A stretch of 64,000 nucleotides of DNA from an uncultured Eubacteriales bacterium. Lineage in GTDB: Bacteria; Bacillota; Clostridia; Oscillospirales; CAG-272. Both the position numbers and the translations under genes were made by a program. The stretch is from positions 9,779 through 73,778 of the forward strand of contig CAJUIQ010000003.1 in the NCBI GenBank assembly GCA_910586545.1. The letters run 5' to 3'. The notes beneath the pieces are model-generated. The model saw only the letters and a list, made by a program, of their open reading frames with translations, had not been told where the DNA came from and did not search any database. Positions 28,249 through 37,738 of this stretch are shown piece after piece (the stretch's first letter is position 1; the number at the start of each line of letters is the position of its first letter).

Positions 28249-28307
28249 AAGTATATAATACCTATTTTTTTAAGATTTGTCAACCATGGCAAGGATCGGA
28301 GCACACC

Positions 28308-29231
28308 GTGTTTTTCATTTTTTTAGCCTTTTCTGCCGCAGTGTTTATTAACGGCGCCACCGATGCCGCCAACGCTCTCACAGGGCCTGTTGCCTGCGGC
28401 GCTATGAAGCTATCCAAGGCCGCGCTTCTCGCCGCGGGTATGAATCTGCTTGGTATGCTCACCTTCTCTGCCCTAGCCCCCAGCGTATATGATACCGTAT
28501 CCGGACTTGCCTCCTTTCCGAGGGGGACCGGCGCCACTGCTGTAAGCGCCTCTCTGATTGCCGTAGTCCTTTGGGCGGGAGCCGCGTGGATACTAGGAAT
28601 TCCCACGAGCGAAAGTCATGGTCTGTTTGCTGCCTTAGCGGGGGCCTCCATGGCCCTTGGAGCGCCGGCACCGGCAGGAACACAGTGGATTAAAGTAGCA
28701 GTTGGACTGCTTTTGTCCGTTTTAGGGGGAGGGCTCAGCGGATATCTCGCGGCACGCGGCCTGCAGTCCAGGCGAAAAAAATATTCCTGGAAAGGCGCTT
28801 CTATTTTAGGATGTATTGGAACCGCATTTTTGCACGGCGCCCAAGATGGGCAAAAATTTTTGGGACTGATGGGAGCGGCAGGACTCATGACGCGCAGCCG
28901 CGGCGCAGTTTTCTGCTGCGCCGGGCTGATGCTGTGCGGAACGCTGTTTGGCGGTAATCGTATCGTAAAAAAAATGGGACAGGAAATGGCGGACGTAGAC
29001 GCTTTTTCGGCTGTTTGCGCCGATCTGGGCAGCGCCGCCTCTCTATTGGCTATGACCTTTTTCGGATTGCCTGTAAGCACTACCCATGTAAAAATGACTG
29101 CTATGGCCTGTGCGGCAGGGGGTGCTGGCAGACAAACCAACAAAAGCGTGATTCTACAGGTCATTCTTGCCTGGATCACTACCTTCCCAGGCTGTTTTTT
29201 ATTGGCATATTTCATTACAAAATTATTATAA
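28308..29231 (+). CDS. inorganic phosphate transporter, PiT family
   Basis: The two PHO4-type signature repeats are NGATDAAN (N-terminal half) and HGAQDGQKFLG (C-terminal half). GTG start, multiple TM helices. Confidence 0.8.
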   Translation: MFFIFLAFSAAVFINGATDAANALTGPVACGAMKLSKAALLAAGMNLLGMLTFSALAPSVYDTVSGLASFPRGTGATAVSASLIAVVLWAGAAWILGIPTSESHGLFAALAGASMALGAPAPAGTQWIKVAVGLLLSVLGGGLSGYLAARGLQSRRKKYSWKGASILGCIGTAFLHGAQDGQKFLGLMGAAGLMTRSRGAVFCCAGLMLCGTLFGGNRIVKKMGQEMADVDAFSAVCADLGSAASLLAMTFFGLPVSTTHVKMTAMACAAGGAGRQTNKSVILQVILAWITTFPGCFLLAYFITKLL

Positions 29232-29290
29232 ATTAAAAATAATTGTGCAAATATACCAAAAAATGATAAAATGATTCTACAGGACACTTC

Positions 29291-29319
29291 TTGCATAACG
29301 GTTTGCATCGTTGTATAAT
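29291..29319 (+). promoter_or_regulatory. candidate sigma-A promoter of the EF-G paralog
   Basis: TTGCAT (29291-29296), a 17-nt spacer, then TATAAT (29314-29319). The predicted leader is about 110 nt and AT-rich. Confidence 0.5.
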
Positions 29320-29434
29320 ATGTATAACAACATTGGATTTTAACAGAATATTTTTATTCAGCAAATACAAAATTTTCTTCTCTGTTATGCAATGCAGTTC
29401 TGCATGAAACTATAGAAAAAGGAGCACAGCACTT

Positions 29435-31507
29435 ATGTCCGAGATTACAACAAAAAACATCCGAAACGTATGCCTGCTGGGCCACGGCGGCAGCGGCAAA
29501 ACCTCCCTTGCAGAAGCCATGCTTTTTTGTGCGGGAGCTATTGACAGAATGGGAAAGGTTACGGAAGGAAATACCGTTACGGATTTTGACGCGGAAGAAA
29601 CAGCTCGTCACTACTCTATTTCTCTTTCTACCGCAAATTTTGCATATCATGATATAAAATTTAATTTGCTGGATACGCCGGGATATCCCGACTTTGTTGG
29701 GGATGAATTGGAAGGGATTCGGGCCGCGGACGCCTCTGTCATTCTGGTAGACGCTAAAACCGGACTGGAAGTAGGCACGGAACTTGCCTGGGAATATGCC
29801 TGCCGTGAGAAAATTCCCCGGGTATTTTTTGTAAATAAGTTTGATGATCCTGAAGCAGACTTCGCCAGGGTATTTGAGCAGCTGCGTGCCGCGTTCGGTA
29901 TTCGTGTCTGTCCCGTACTGGTTCCCGCAAAAAAGAACGGGGAAATGGTGTTTGTCAATCTGGTGGAACGGATGGCATATACCTACGATGAGCGGGGGAA
30001 ACGGACGGAAATGCCTATGGACAGCGAGCTGTCCGCCATCGTAGATCAATATAGCCAACAATTTAACGAAGCTATCGCCGAAACCAGCGACGTGCTTATG
30101 GAAAAGTTTTTTGCGGAAGAAGAAATTACAAAGGAAGAGGCGGCGGAAGCACTCCATGAGGGAATTATCTCCGGCAGCATCGTTCCCGTATACAGCGGCT
30201 CTGTCACGAAGTTATGGGGTGTGCGGGCGTTGATGACGTCTATCAAAGATTCGTTCCCCAGAGTCACCGCAAAAAAGACGGAACGGATCATGGACGGGGA
30301 TACGGTAAAACCCTGCGAAATCGACCCGGAAGGAGACTGCGCTCTGTTCATTTTTAAAACGGTGGCCGATCAGTTTGGAAAGATGTCTCTGTTTAAAGTC
30401 ATGAACGGGACATTGAAAAAGGATGCTCTTTTGACCAACGCACGGACCGGCGCGGTAGAAAAAATCGCTCATATCTACACTTTGCGCGGTAAAAAGCAAA
30501 CGGAGACAGAAAGTCTTTGCTGCGGCGATATCGGTATGCTGTCCAAGCTATCCGACACCGCCACCAACGATACGTTGTACAGTAAAATTCCCGTACAATA
30601 TCAGGGAACTGTTTTTCCAGATCCGTATATGACAAAGGCGCTGTCCGCCGCGGCCAAGGGAGATGAAGATAAAATCTCCACCGGTATTGCACGGCTGCTG
30701 GAAGAGGATCCCACCCTGCGCTACGTAAACAATGCGGAAACCAAGCAGCTTACCCTGTCCGGCATATCGGACATTCATTTGGACGTAGTCCGCTCCCGGC
30801 TGAAAAACCGGTATGGTACCAAAGTAATTTACACGGATCCAAAAATCCCATACCGGGAAACGATCAAAAAATCCGTGCAGGTAGAAGGGAAACACAAAAA
30901 GCAATCTGGCGGTTCCGGCCAATACGGGCATGTAAAAATCACTTTCTCCCCCGGCGCAGAAGAGGGGCTGACCTTTACGCAATCTGTTGTAGGCGGCACT
31001 GTTCCAAAGGGCTTCTACCCTGCTGTGGAGAAGGGGCTGCTGGAAGCCATGCAGAAGGGCGTGTTGGCAGGATATCCTGTGGTACACCTTGCGGCAGATT
31101 TGTTTGACGGTTCCTATCACGCAGTAGACTCCAACGAAATTTCCTTCAAGCTTGCGGCAAAGCTGGCATACAAAAATGGGCTGCCTCAGGCAAATCCCGT
31201 TTTGCTGGAACCGGTGGGGGAGCTGAAAATCTCCGTTCCCGATTCTATGGTGGGAGACGCGATGGGCGATCTGAATAAACGCCGAGGCCGAGTAATGGGC
31301 ATGAATCCGGATGAATCCAGAAATGGATACACCATTGTGGAAGCAGAAGCTCCCCAAGCAGAACTGCAGGACTATACAATCATTCTGCGGGCAATGACCC
31401 AGGGACGCGGCATGTACACCTATCGATTCGTACGATATGAGGAAGTACCCGCGTCGGAGGCACAAAAGATTATTGCCGATGCAAAAGCACATGCAGAAGA
31501 AGAATAA
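29435..31507 (+). CDS. elongation factor G family GTPase (paralog with divergent P-loop)
   Basis: 690 aa with G1 motif GHGGSGKTS, DTPGYPDF and NKFD, followed by EF-G domains II-V by colinearity. Confidence 0.85.
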   Translation: MSEITTKNIRNVCLLGHGGSGKTSLAEAMLFCAGAIDRMGKVTEGNTVTDFDAEETARHYSISLSTANFAYHDIKFNLLDTPGYPDFVGDELEGIRAADASVILVDAKTGLEVGTELAWEYACREKIPRVFFVNKFDDPEADFARVFEQLRAAFGIRVCPVLVPAKKNGEMVFVNLVERMAYTYDERGKRTEMPMDSELSAIVDQYSQQFNEAIAETSDVLMEKFFAEEEITKEEAAEALHEGIISGSIVPVYSGSVTKLWGVRALMTSIKDSFPRVTAKKTERIMDGDTVKPCEIDPEGDCALFIFKTVADQFGKMSLFKVMNGTLKKDALLTNARTGAVEKIAHIYTLRGKKQTETESLCCGDIGMLSKLSDTATNDTLYSKIPVQYQGTVFPDPYMTKALSAAAKGDEDKISTGIARLLEEDPTLRYVNNAETKQLTLSGISDIHLDVVRSRLKNRYGTKVIYTDPKIPYRETIKKSVQVEGKHKKQSGGSGQYGHVKITFSPGAEEGLTFTQSVVGGTVPKGFYPAVEKGLLEAMQKGVLAGYPVVHLAADLFDGSYHAVDSNEISFKLAAKLAYKNGLPQANPVLLEPVGELKISVPDSMVGDAMGDLNKRRGRVMGMNPDESRNGYTIVEAEAPQAELQDYTIILRAMTQGRGMYTYRFVRYEEVPASEAQKIIADAKAHAEEE

Positions 31508-31540
31508 AAACTCGATTCCCAGCATGGTCGTTTTTAATGA

Positions 31541-31572
31541 AAACACCCCACGAAATTTTTCGTGGGGTGTTT
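31541..31572 (+). terminator. rho-independent terminator after the EF-G paralog; a second hairpin at 31583-31607 probably serves the convergent gene
   Basis: AAACACCCCACGAAA-TTTT-TCGTGGGGTGTTT. This is followed by a CGCCCG...CGGGCG hairpin. Confidence 0.6.
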
Positions 31573-31619
31573 CTATACAAAGCGCCCGCCGGTATACCCG
31601 ACGGGCGTTCTTTATACAA

Positions 31620-32732
31620 TTAGTGAATGATAAAGTGCTCGGTGTCCTTATCGAACAGGTGCACTCTGGACGTGTCGAATGCAACACGGATTACGTCGCC
31701 GGCACGTGCTTTGGAACGGCTGGAAACCCGTGCGATCATGTTCTGTTCTTCGCTTACCAGGTACAGATAAATTTCCGCGCCCATCAGCTCCGTAACTTCT
31801 ACATCTGTTTCTACGATGCTATCCGGCATTGCGGTAAGATACCGTTCTTCGTCATGAATGTCCTCAGGACGGATACCCATGATAACTTCTTTGCCGATAT
31901 AATCCTTCAGAATAGGATTGCTTGCCTTTTCAGCAGGCAGCTTGATGGTGTTGGGACCAAAGGAAAGGAAGTACTGTCCCTTCTCTTCTTCCAGCATACA
32001 CTCAATAAAGTTCATTTGAGGCGTTCCGATAAAGCCAGCCACAAACAAGTTTACAGGAGAGTCATACAAATTTTGAGGAGTATCTACCTGCTGGATCAAA
32101 CCGTCTTTCATAACAACGATCCGGGTAGCCATGGTCATAGCCTCTGTCTGGTCGTGTGTTACGTATACAAAAGTAGTTGCAATTCTCTGGTGAATCTTCG
32201 TAAGCTCGGTTCTCATAGTTGCACGGAGCTTTGCGTCCAGGTTGGACAGCGGCTCGTCAAGGAGGAATACCATCGGCTTACGTACGATAGCACGGCCCAG
32301 CGCAACACGCTGTTTCTGACCACCGGACAGGGCCTTCGGCTTTCTGTCCAGAAGGTGCGTGATTTCCAAAATACGAGCGGCCTCTTCCACACGGCGCTTA
32401 ATTTCTTCCTTAGGTGTTTTGCGCAGCTTCAGACCAAATGCCATATTGTCAAATACGGTCATATGGGGATACAGCGCGTAGTTCTGGAACACCATTGCGA
32501 TATCTCTGTCTTTCGGAGCGACGTCATTAACCAGCTTTTCACCGATGAACATTTCGCCTTCTGTGATTTCCTCCAGACCTGCGATCATACGCAGTGTTGT
32601 CGTCTTACCGCATCCGGAAGGACCAACCAGAATCAGAAACTCCTTGTCTTTGATTTCCAGACAAAAGTCAGATACAGCTGTTACACCACCGGGATATTTT
32701 TTATAAATATGTTTCAGAGATAAGCTTGCCAT
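31620..32732 (-). CDS. sugar ABC transporter ATP-binding protein (MalK/MsmX/UgpC type), stand-alone
   Basis: Walker A GPSGCGKTT, signature LSGGQKQRVALGRA, Walker B FLLDEPLSNLD, and a C-terminal regulatory/TOBE-like domain. Confidence 0.9.
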   Translation of the reverse strand: MASLSLKHIYKKYPGGVTAVSDFCLEIKDKEFLILVGPSGCGKTTTLRMIAGLEEITEGEMFIGEKLVNDVAPKDRDIAMVFQNYALYPHMTVFDNMAFGLKLRKTPKEEIKRRVEEAARILEITHLLDRKPKALSGGQKQRVALGRAIVRKPMVFLLDEPLSNLDAKLRATMRTELTKIHQRIATTFVYVTHDQTEAMTMATRIVVMKDGLIQQVDTPQNLYDSPVNLFVAGFIGTPQMNFIECMLEEEKGQYFLSFGPNTIKLPAEKASNPILKDYIGKEVIMGIRPEDIHDEERYLTAMPDSIVETDVEVTELMGAEIYLYLVSEEQNMIARVSSRSKARAGDVIRVAFDTSRVHLFDKDTEHFIIH

Positions 32733-32925
32733 TTATTCATCCTCCTTGGCAGGTTGCATACGGCACTGCCGTAATTTTTTCTAAATTATATTATATCAGT
32801 ATTTTTTCCAGATTGGAAGAGGGTTTTCATCCAAAATTCTTTTTCGGCCTTTGTGCATTTTGCTAATCTTGTTCACAAAGATTCCAAAAAACGTACGAAT
32901 TTCGATTATATTTATTCTAATTTTA

Positions 32926-33912
32926 TTAGAATTTTGTTTGTGCAATTGCGCAAACCAACTCTCGACAAGCCTGTACATCTTTGTAATCCGCCATCTCTAC
33001 ACCGGAATGACAATAACGAAGGGGAATAGAAACACAGCCGGCTCTGCAGCCGGCACCGGCCAACTGTAGGGCGGCGGTGTCAGATCCGCCCACCGTTAAA
33101 ATCTCCTTTTGAACGGGGATTGCGTGCGCGAAAGCAATGCTTGCCATTTTCTCTGCAAGGAACCCATCGCAGATTACACTTTTATCTTTCAATTTTATAG
33201 CCGCGCCTTTTCCAAGAGAAACGGCCATGGGTTTTGCCCCTTTCGTATCTCCCGTCATAGTCACGTCCACCGCAATTCCAAAATCCGGTTCCACATAAGA
33301 AGCCGCTGTCCGCGCCCCTCGCAAGCCAACCTCCTCCTGTACGGAGAAAACAAATGTGATATCGTTCTGAAAAGATGCCGCCTCCCGAGCCGCGGACATC
33401 AAAATTGCGCATCCCAGTTTATCATCCAGCGGGCGGCCGCAGATTCTACTCCCCGCCAGAGAAAACAGCCGGCTTTCCAAAGCAAAGCAGTCTCCCACAC
33501 TAACAAGGCGCGCTGCGGCGTCTCGGCTTTTCGCGCCGATATCCACCACAAAAGCGTCCCCTTTATAGTCCTCTGGTTTTACGCCTTCTTCAGGAATGAG
33601 CACCCCAAACCGACCGTCTTCAAATACTACCTTAGAATAGGCAGCCGCGTGAAAATCGATTCCCCCAACAGGGGCGCACCGGAGAAAGCCGTCTTCTTCA
33701 ATAAAGGTGACAATAAAACCGATTTCATCCATATGGGCGCAAAACAAAAGTTTCTTGCCCTCTCCCCTTTTGCGGCAGATTATATTCCCTAATGCGTCGG
33801 TCTCCACCGTATCAAAATAAGACCGCATCTCCTGAGCAATATACTTTCCAAGACATGCTTCTCTACCGGATACGGAAGGAATCTGCAGCAGTTTTTTTAA
33901 AATTGTACGCAT
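32926..33912 (-). CDS. M42 family metallopeptidase (paralog 1)
   Basis: HMDEIGF motif. The start is moved to ATG 33912 (MRTILKKLL), which has a GGAGA SD. Confidence 0.85.
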   Translation of the reverse strand: MRTILKKLLQIPSVSGREACLGKYIAQEMRSYFDTVETDALGNIICRKRGEGKKLLFCAHMDEIGFIVTFIEEDGFLRCAPVGGIDFHAAAYSKVVFEDGRFGVLIPEEGVKPEDYKGDAFVVDIGAKSRDAAARLVSVGDCFALESRLFSLAGSRICGRPLDDKLGCAILMSAAREAASFQNDITFVFSVQEEVGLRGARTAASYVEPDFGIAVDVTMTGDTKGAKPMAVSLGKGAAIKLKDKSVICDGFLAEKMASIAFAHAIPVQKEILTVGGSDTAALQLAGAGCRAGCVSIPLRYCHSGVEMADYKDVQACRELVCAIAQTKF

Positions 33913-34009
33913 TGTAGTCTCCATGCTTTCTTAGGTTTTGTGCTTTCGCGCAAAGCCAGCGTGAAAAAAGTGTACTTACAACTTCGTATGTTGTATTTTT
34001 CACGCAATC

Positions 34010-35104
34010 CTATTTATCTCCGTTATACAAACGGCTGATCACAGCCATCAACAGCTGTTCGATAGACGCTATATCTTTTTTTGCCACTACATTGGAAGCC
34101 GTATGAATATACCGGGCAGGCGCACTAATCGCAGCGCACCGCACGCCCGTTCGGGACTTATGGATGTGGGCCGCGTCATTGCCGCCGGATACATATTGCT
34201 TGATCTGACAAGGAATGCTTTCTGCCCTTGCCGTCTCTAAAATCCAATCGGTAAAGGGGCGGTCATAAATGGTGCTTCTATCCATAAGGGACAGGGCACC
34301 GCCCATGCCCAAACGGGCCACCTGCCGGTATTCCGGAGTACCGGAAATATCTCCCGCGGCTGTGGCTTCCAGAATAATAGCGTAATCCGGATCAATTCTG
34401 TACGCCGCCGTGCGTGCTCCGGAAATGCCAAGCTCCTCGCGACAGGTGAAGGCAAAATACAAATCGCAGGCTGGACGGCTTCCCATCTCATATACACGCC
34501 GCATGATACTACATAAAATGGCGCAGCCTAATCGGTCGTCCAAGGCTTTGCCCTTAATATACCCGCCGTCCCTGCCAAAGAATACAAAATCACTTTCAAA
34601 GGTGCCGAAATCTCCAGCGTGAACCACTTCTTCCGCCGCCTCTCGGCTTCCCGCGCCAATATCCACATACAACTCGTCTATATCCAGCGCATTGCCTCGG
34701 TCTGCACTTTTCACAAGGTGCAGGGGTTTTACGCCAAACACACCCCGTACCTGAAACGCAGCATTCCCCACCAGAACACGCCGCCCGGCCAGCACCCGGG
34801 TGTCGTTGCCGCACATGGAGGCAATTTTCAAAAGTCCCTCCTCCGTAATGGAGCGGATCATAAACCCTACTTCATCCATATGGCAGGACAGCATCAGCCG
34901 ACGGGGCGATACCGTGTCTGCTTCCAATACGCCCGTTCCACGAATCCGCGCCAACACACCGCCCATGGGATCCGGCAAAAGCTCGTCGCAATACATGGCG
35001 ATGCGGGAACGGATTATATCCGCAACCGCATCCTCACAGCCGGAGGGACCAAACGCGCAGGACAGTTCTTCCAGCAGGGACAAGGTTGTCCAATCTTGTT
35101 TCAT
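34010..35104 (-). CDS. M42 family metallopeptidase (paralog 2)
   Basis: HMDEVGF motif. Its ATG overlaps the stop of paralog 3 (ATGA at 35101-35104). Confidence 0.85.
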   Translation of the reverse strand: MKQDWTTLSLLEELSCAFGPSGCEDAVADIIRSRIAMYCDELLPDPMGGVLARIRGTGVLEADTVSPRRLMLSCHMDEVGFMIRSITEEGLLKIASMCGNDTRVLAGRRVLVGNAAFQVRGVFGVKPLHLVKSADRGNALDIDELYVDIGAGSREAAEEVVHAGDFGTFESDFVFFGRDGGYIKGKALDDRLGCAILCSIMRRVYEMGSRPACDLYFAFTCREELGISGARTAAYRIDPDYAIILEATAAGDISGTPEYRQVARLGMGGALSLMDRSTIYDRPFTDWILETARAESIPCQIKQYVSGGNDAAHIHKSRTGVRCAAISAPARYIHTASNVVAKKDIASIEQLLMAVISRLYNGDK

Positions 35105-36144
35105 GACTGCAGCCCTCCCTCTTTCGCGGCGGCGGCAAACAACGCAGCCGCCGCTTCTATATCTACAGTATCCACCGTCTCATTATAGGTATGCATGGAG
35201 GTAATCGGCACGCTAACTACCGCCGTTGGGATACCCGCTCCCACAAGTGAAAGCATCGTCGCATTGGTTCCGGTGTCGCAGGCATCCACGCAGGTCTGAC
35301 AAGGAATCTCCCGCTGCTGACACAGCTGCAGGAGCCGCTCCGTCAGTTTGCGATCCGTCACTGCGGAAAGAGACAGTACTGGCCCGCCTCCCATTTTTCC
35401 GCTTTCATCCTCCCCAACACCGGGGGCAGCCGCAAAGGTAACATCCGTCACAATAGCCGCATCCGGTCGGATACGATACGCTGCGGCGCTACAGCCTGAC
35501 GCCATACCTGCCTCTTCTCGGGCTGACAGGGTGACGTACAGATCCCATGCCATATTTTCCCTGTCCGCCATAGCGGCTCCCAGAACCGCCGCGGCGCAAC
35601 AAGCCTTATTATCCATACTGCGCCCACAGATTCTGGAACCTAAGAGAGACGCGGTTTTTTCATAAAAGCCTACCGGGGTGCCGACATCTACCAGCGCGCG
35701 CAGAGTTTCTCCATCATATCCGGTGTCAATCAGCAGATCCTCGATTGCAGGGGCCGTCTTATGATCTCCTGCCTTTTGCAGATGCGGCGGCACTGCTCCG
35801 ATCACGCCATACAGCGTCTCCTTCCCGTAAATCAGCACTTCCGCCGCCGGCAGGATACGCCGATCCAGCCCGCCGATAGAGACGACTCGAAGAAATCCTT
35901 CTTCCGTAATATCGCGCACCATCATGCCGATTTCATCAAAGTGGGCGTCCAAAAGCAGCTTTGGCGCGCCCTGCCTTCCACAACGCCGGACAAAAACATG
36001 AGTTCCGGAGGGATCCGGAATATATTCGTCAAAATAAGGCTGCAGGATATTACAAAGCGCCTCCCGTCCCCGCTCCTCCTGTCCGGATACGGACATAATA
36101 GAAGCCAAAGACGCTACCAATTCTTTGGTATCAGGATACATCAT
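35101..36144 (-). CDS. M42 family metallopeptidase (paralog 3)
   Basis: HFDEIGM motif. The track start at 36159 is a TTG. The ATG at 36144 or 36141 sits behind a GGAG inside the murD 3' end. Confidence 0.85.
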   Translation of the reverse strand: MMYPDTKELVASLASIMSVSGQEERGREALCNILQPYFDEYIPDPSGTHVFVRRCGRQGAPKLLLDAHFDEIGMMVRDITEEGFLRVVSIGGLDRRILPAAEVLIYGKETLYGVIGAVPPHLQKAGDHKTAPAIEDLLIDTGYDGETLRALVDVGTPVGFYEKTASLLGSRICGRSMDNKACCAAAVLGAAMADRENMAWDLYVTLSAREEAGMASGCSAAAYRIRPDAAIVTDVTFAAAPGVGEDESGKMGGGPVLSLSAVTDRKLTERLLQLCQQREIPCQTCVDACDTGTNATMLSLVGAGIPTAVVSVPITSMHTYNETVDTVDIEAAAALFAAAAKEGGLQS

Positions 36145-36155
36145 ATACTCCAATC

Positions 36156-37578
36156 TCAAAGAGAATTTATAATTTCACAAAAACGCTCCCCGCGTTTTTC
36201 AAAGTTTGCAAACGCATCAAAGCTTGCACAGGCCGGAGACAGCAGCACGGCGTCGCCGGTTTTGGCGCTGCCTACCGCAGTATGCACCGCATCTGTAAAG
36301 TCCGGTTCGCAGAGCAGTTCTATCCCACTGTTTGCAAATCCAGGCTCTTCCAGAATCGCCTTTTTTATTTTCTCCATGGTTGCGCCTGTCAATACAACCG
36401 TTTTTACATTTCCATGGGAAATCAGCGCTTTTGCTAAAGGAGCAAAAGGAATATCCTTATCATAGCCGCCGCAGATAATGCGGATGGGACAGGTATGTGC
36501 GGAAATTGCCGCCGCTGTTCTGGTAGGTGAGGAATCAATGGAGGAATTGTAATACCGCACCCCATCCAGTTCCCGTACCAGCTCCATCCGATGCCGCACA
36601 CCGCCAAAGGTTCCTGCCACAAACTTCGCCGCTGAGGCCAAAACAGACGGGGCGCTGTTGGTAAGTGCCCAAACTGCCGCCACCGCTGTAGAATAATTCT
36701 CCAAGTTATGGGCGCCGGGGAGTAAAATCACATCTGCGTCGAACAGGGCGTGCTCCTTTCCCGCTTCGCTGTCATACAAGGTAACCCAGCCGTCCTTGGG
36801 ATATACGCCCCCTGCCTGACTTTTCAAAAACGTGTGTGGGATGGGACTGCGCGAAAACCATACTACTGGCGCGCCGCATCCCGCGCCTAAGGTACGGCAC
36901 ACACTGTCGTCGTAGTTCAGCACTGCTCTGCTGCAGCCAGCGAGAATCTTTGCCTTGGCCGCGATATACTCCTCCATACCGGTATGCCAATTTAAGTGGT
37001 TAGGAGTTACATTTTTAATGACGGCTACCGTCGGCGGCACACTGATGCTCATTAGCTGAAAGCTGGACAACTCTGCCGCCACCGCATCTTCAGATGCCAT
37101 TTCGTTGATCCGATGCAGCAGCGGTTCTCCAATATTTCCGCCCAAAAAGACTTTCCTGCTTGCGGGGCTTCTCCAAAATCTTACTGATCAGCGTCGTGGT
37201 GGTGCTTTTACCGTCGCTTCCTGTCACTCCGACCACTGGACAGGGCGCGTGCTCCAGGAACATCTCCATTTCCGAAGTAATTACACAACCACCATCCTTT
37301 GCCTGCAAAAGCTGCGGCAGATCCGGCCGAAATCCTGGAGAGCGGAACAGATAATCTCCCTTTATATTTTCCAAATAATCCTCACCCAGAATCATTTGAG
37401 CACCCATGTCCTGCAGACGCGCACCGGCTTCTCCCAGCGCCTCTATACTTTTGCGGTCTCGGACAATCAGATGGGCGCCAGCCTTTATAAGTACCTCTGC
37501 CAAGGGCATATTGGACACGCCGGCGCCAAGCAATGTCACTGTTTTCCCTGCAAACATTTTTTGAAAATCAAAGCACAT
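36156..37578 (-). pseudogene. murD: UDP-N-acetylmuramoylalanine--D-glutamate ligase, split by a single +1 frameshift (or a sequencing error)
   Basis: The N-terminal ORF ends GVTGSDGKSTTTTLISKILE and then goes out of frame. The second ORF resumes (F)LGGNIGEPLL...ELSSFQL...NHLNWH. The frames join if one G is removed from the GGGG run at 37164-37167. Confidence 0.85.
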
Positions 37579-37614
37579 ATGGATCCCTCCGATATACAAA
37601 GCGTTTCTTCATCA

Positions 37615-37643
37615 TTATATACCGACTTTGAAAAATATGCAAC
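37615..37643 (-). promoter_or_regulatory. consensus sigma-A promoter of murD
   Basis: On the minus strand: TTGCAT (37643-37638), a 17-nt spacer, then TATAAT (37620-37615). Confidence 0.55.
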
Positions 37644-37670
37644 CAAGTCCCGCAACTTAACTGGTTTATC

Positions 37671-37699
37671 TTTACAAAGCCAAAAAAATTTGGTACAAT
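37671..37699 (+). promoter_or_regulatory. candidate promoter of yybS-gdpP-rplI-dnaB
   Basis: TTTACA (37671-37676), a 17-nt spacer, then TACAAT (37694-37699) preceded by TGG (extended -10). Confidence 0.5.
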
Positions 37700-37738
37700 A
37701 GTTTATCTATTATCTTACTGTGCAATCCTAATTTAAGC

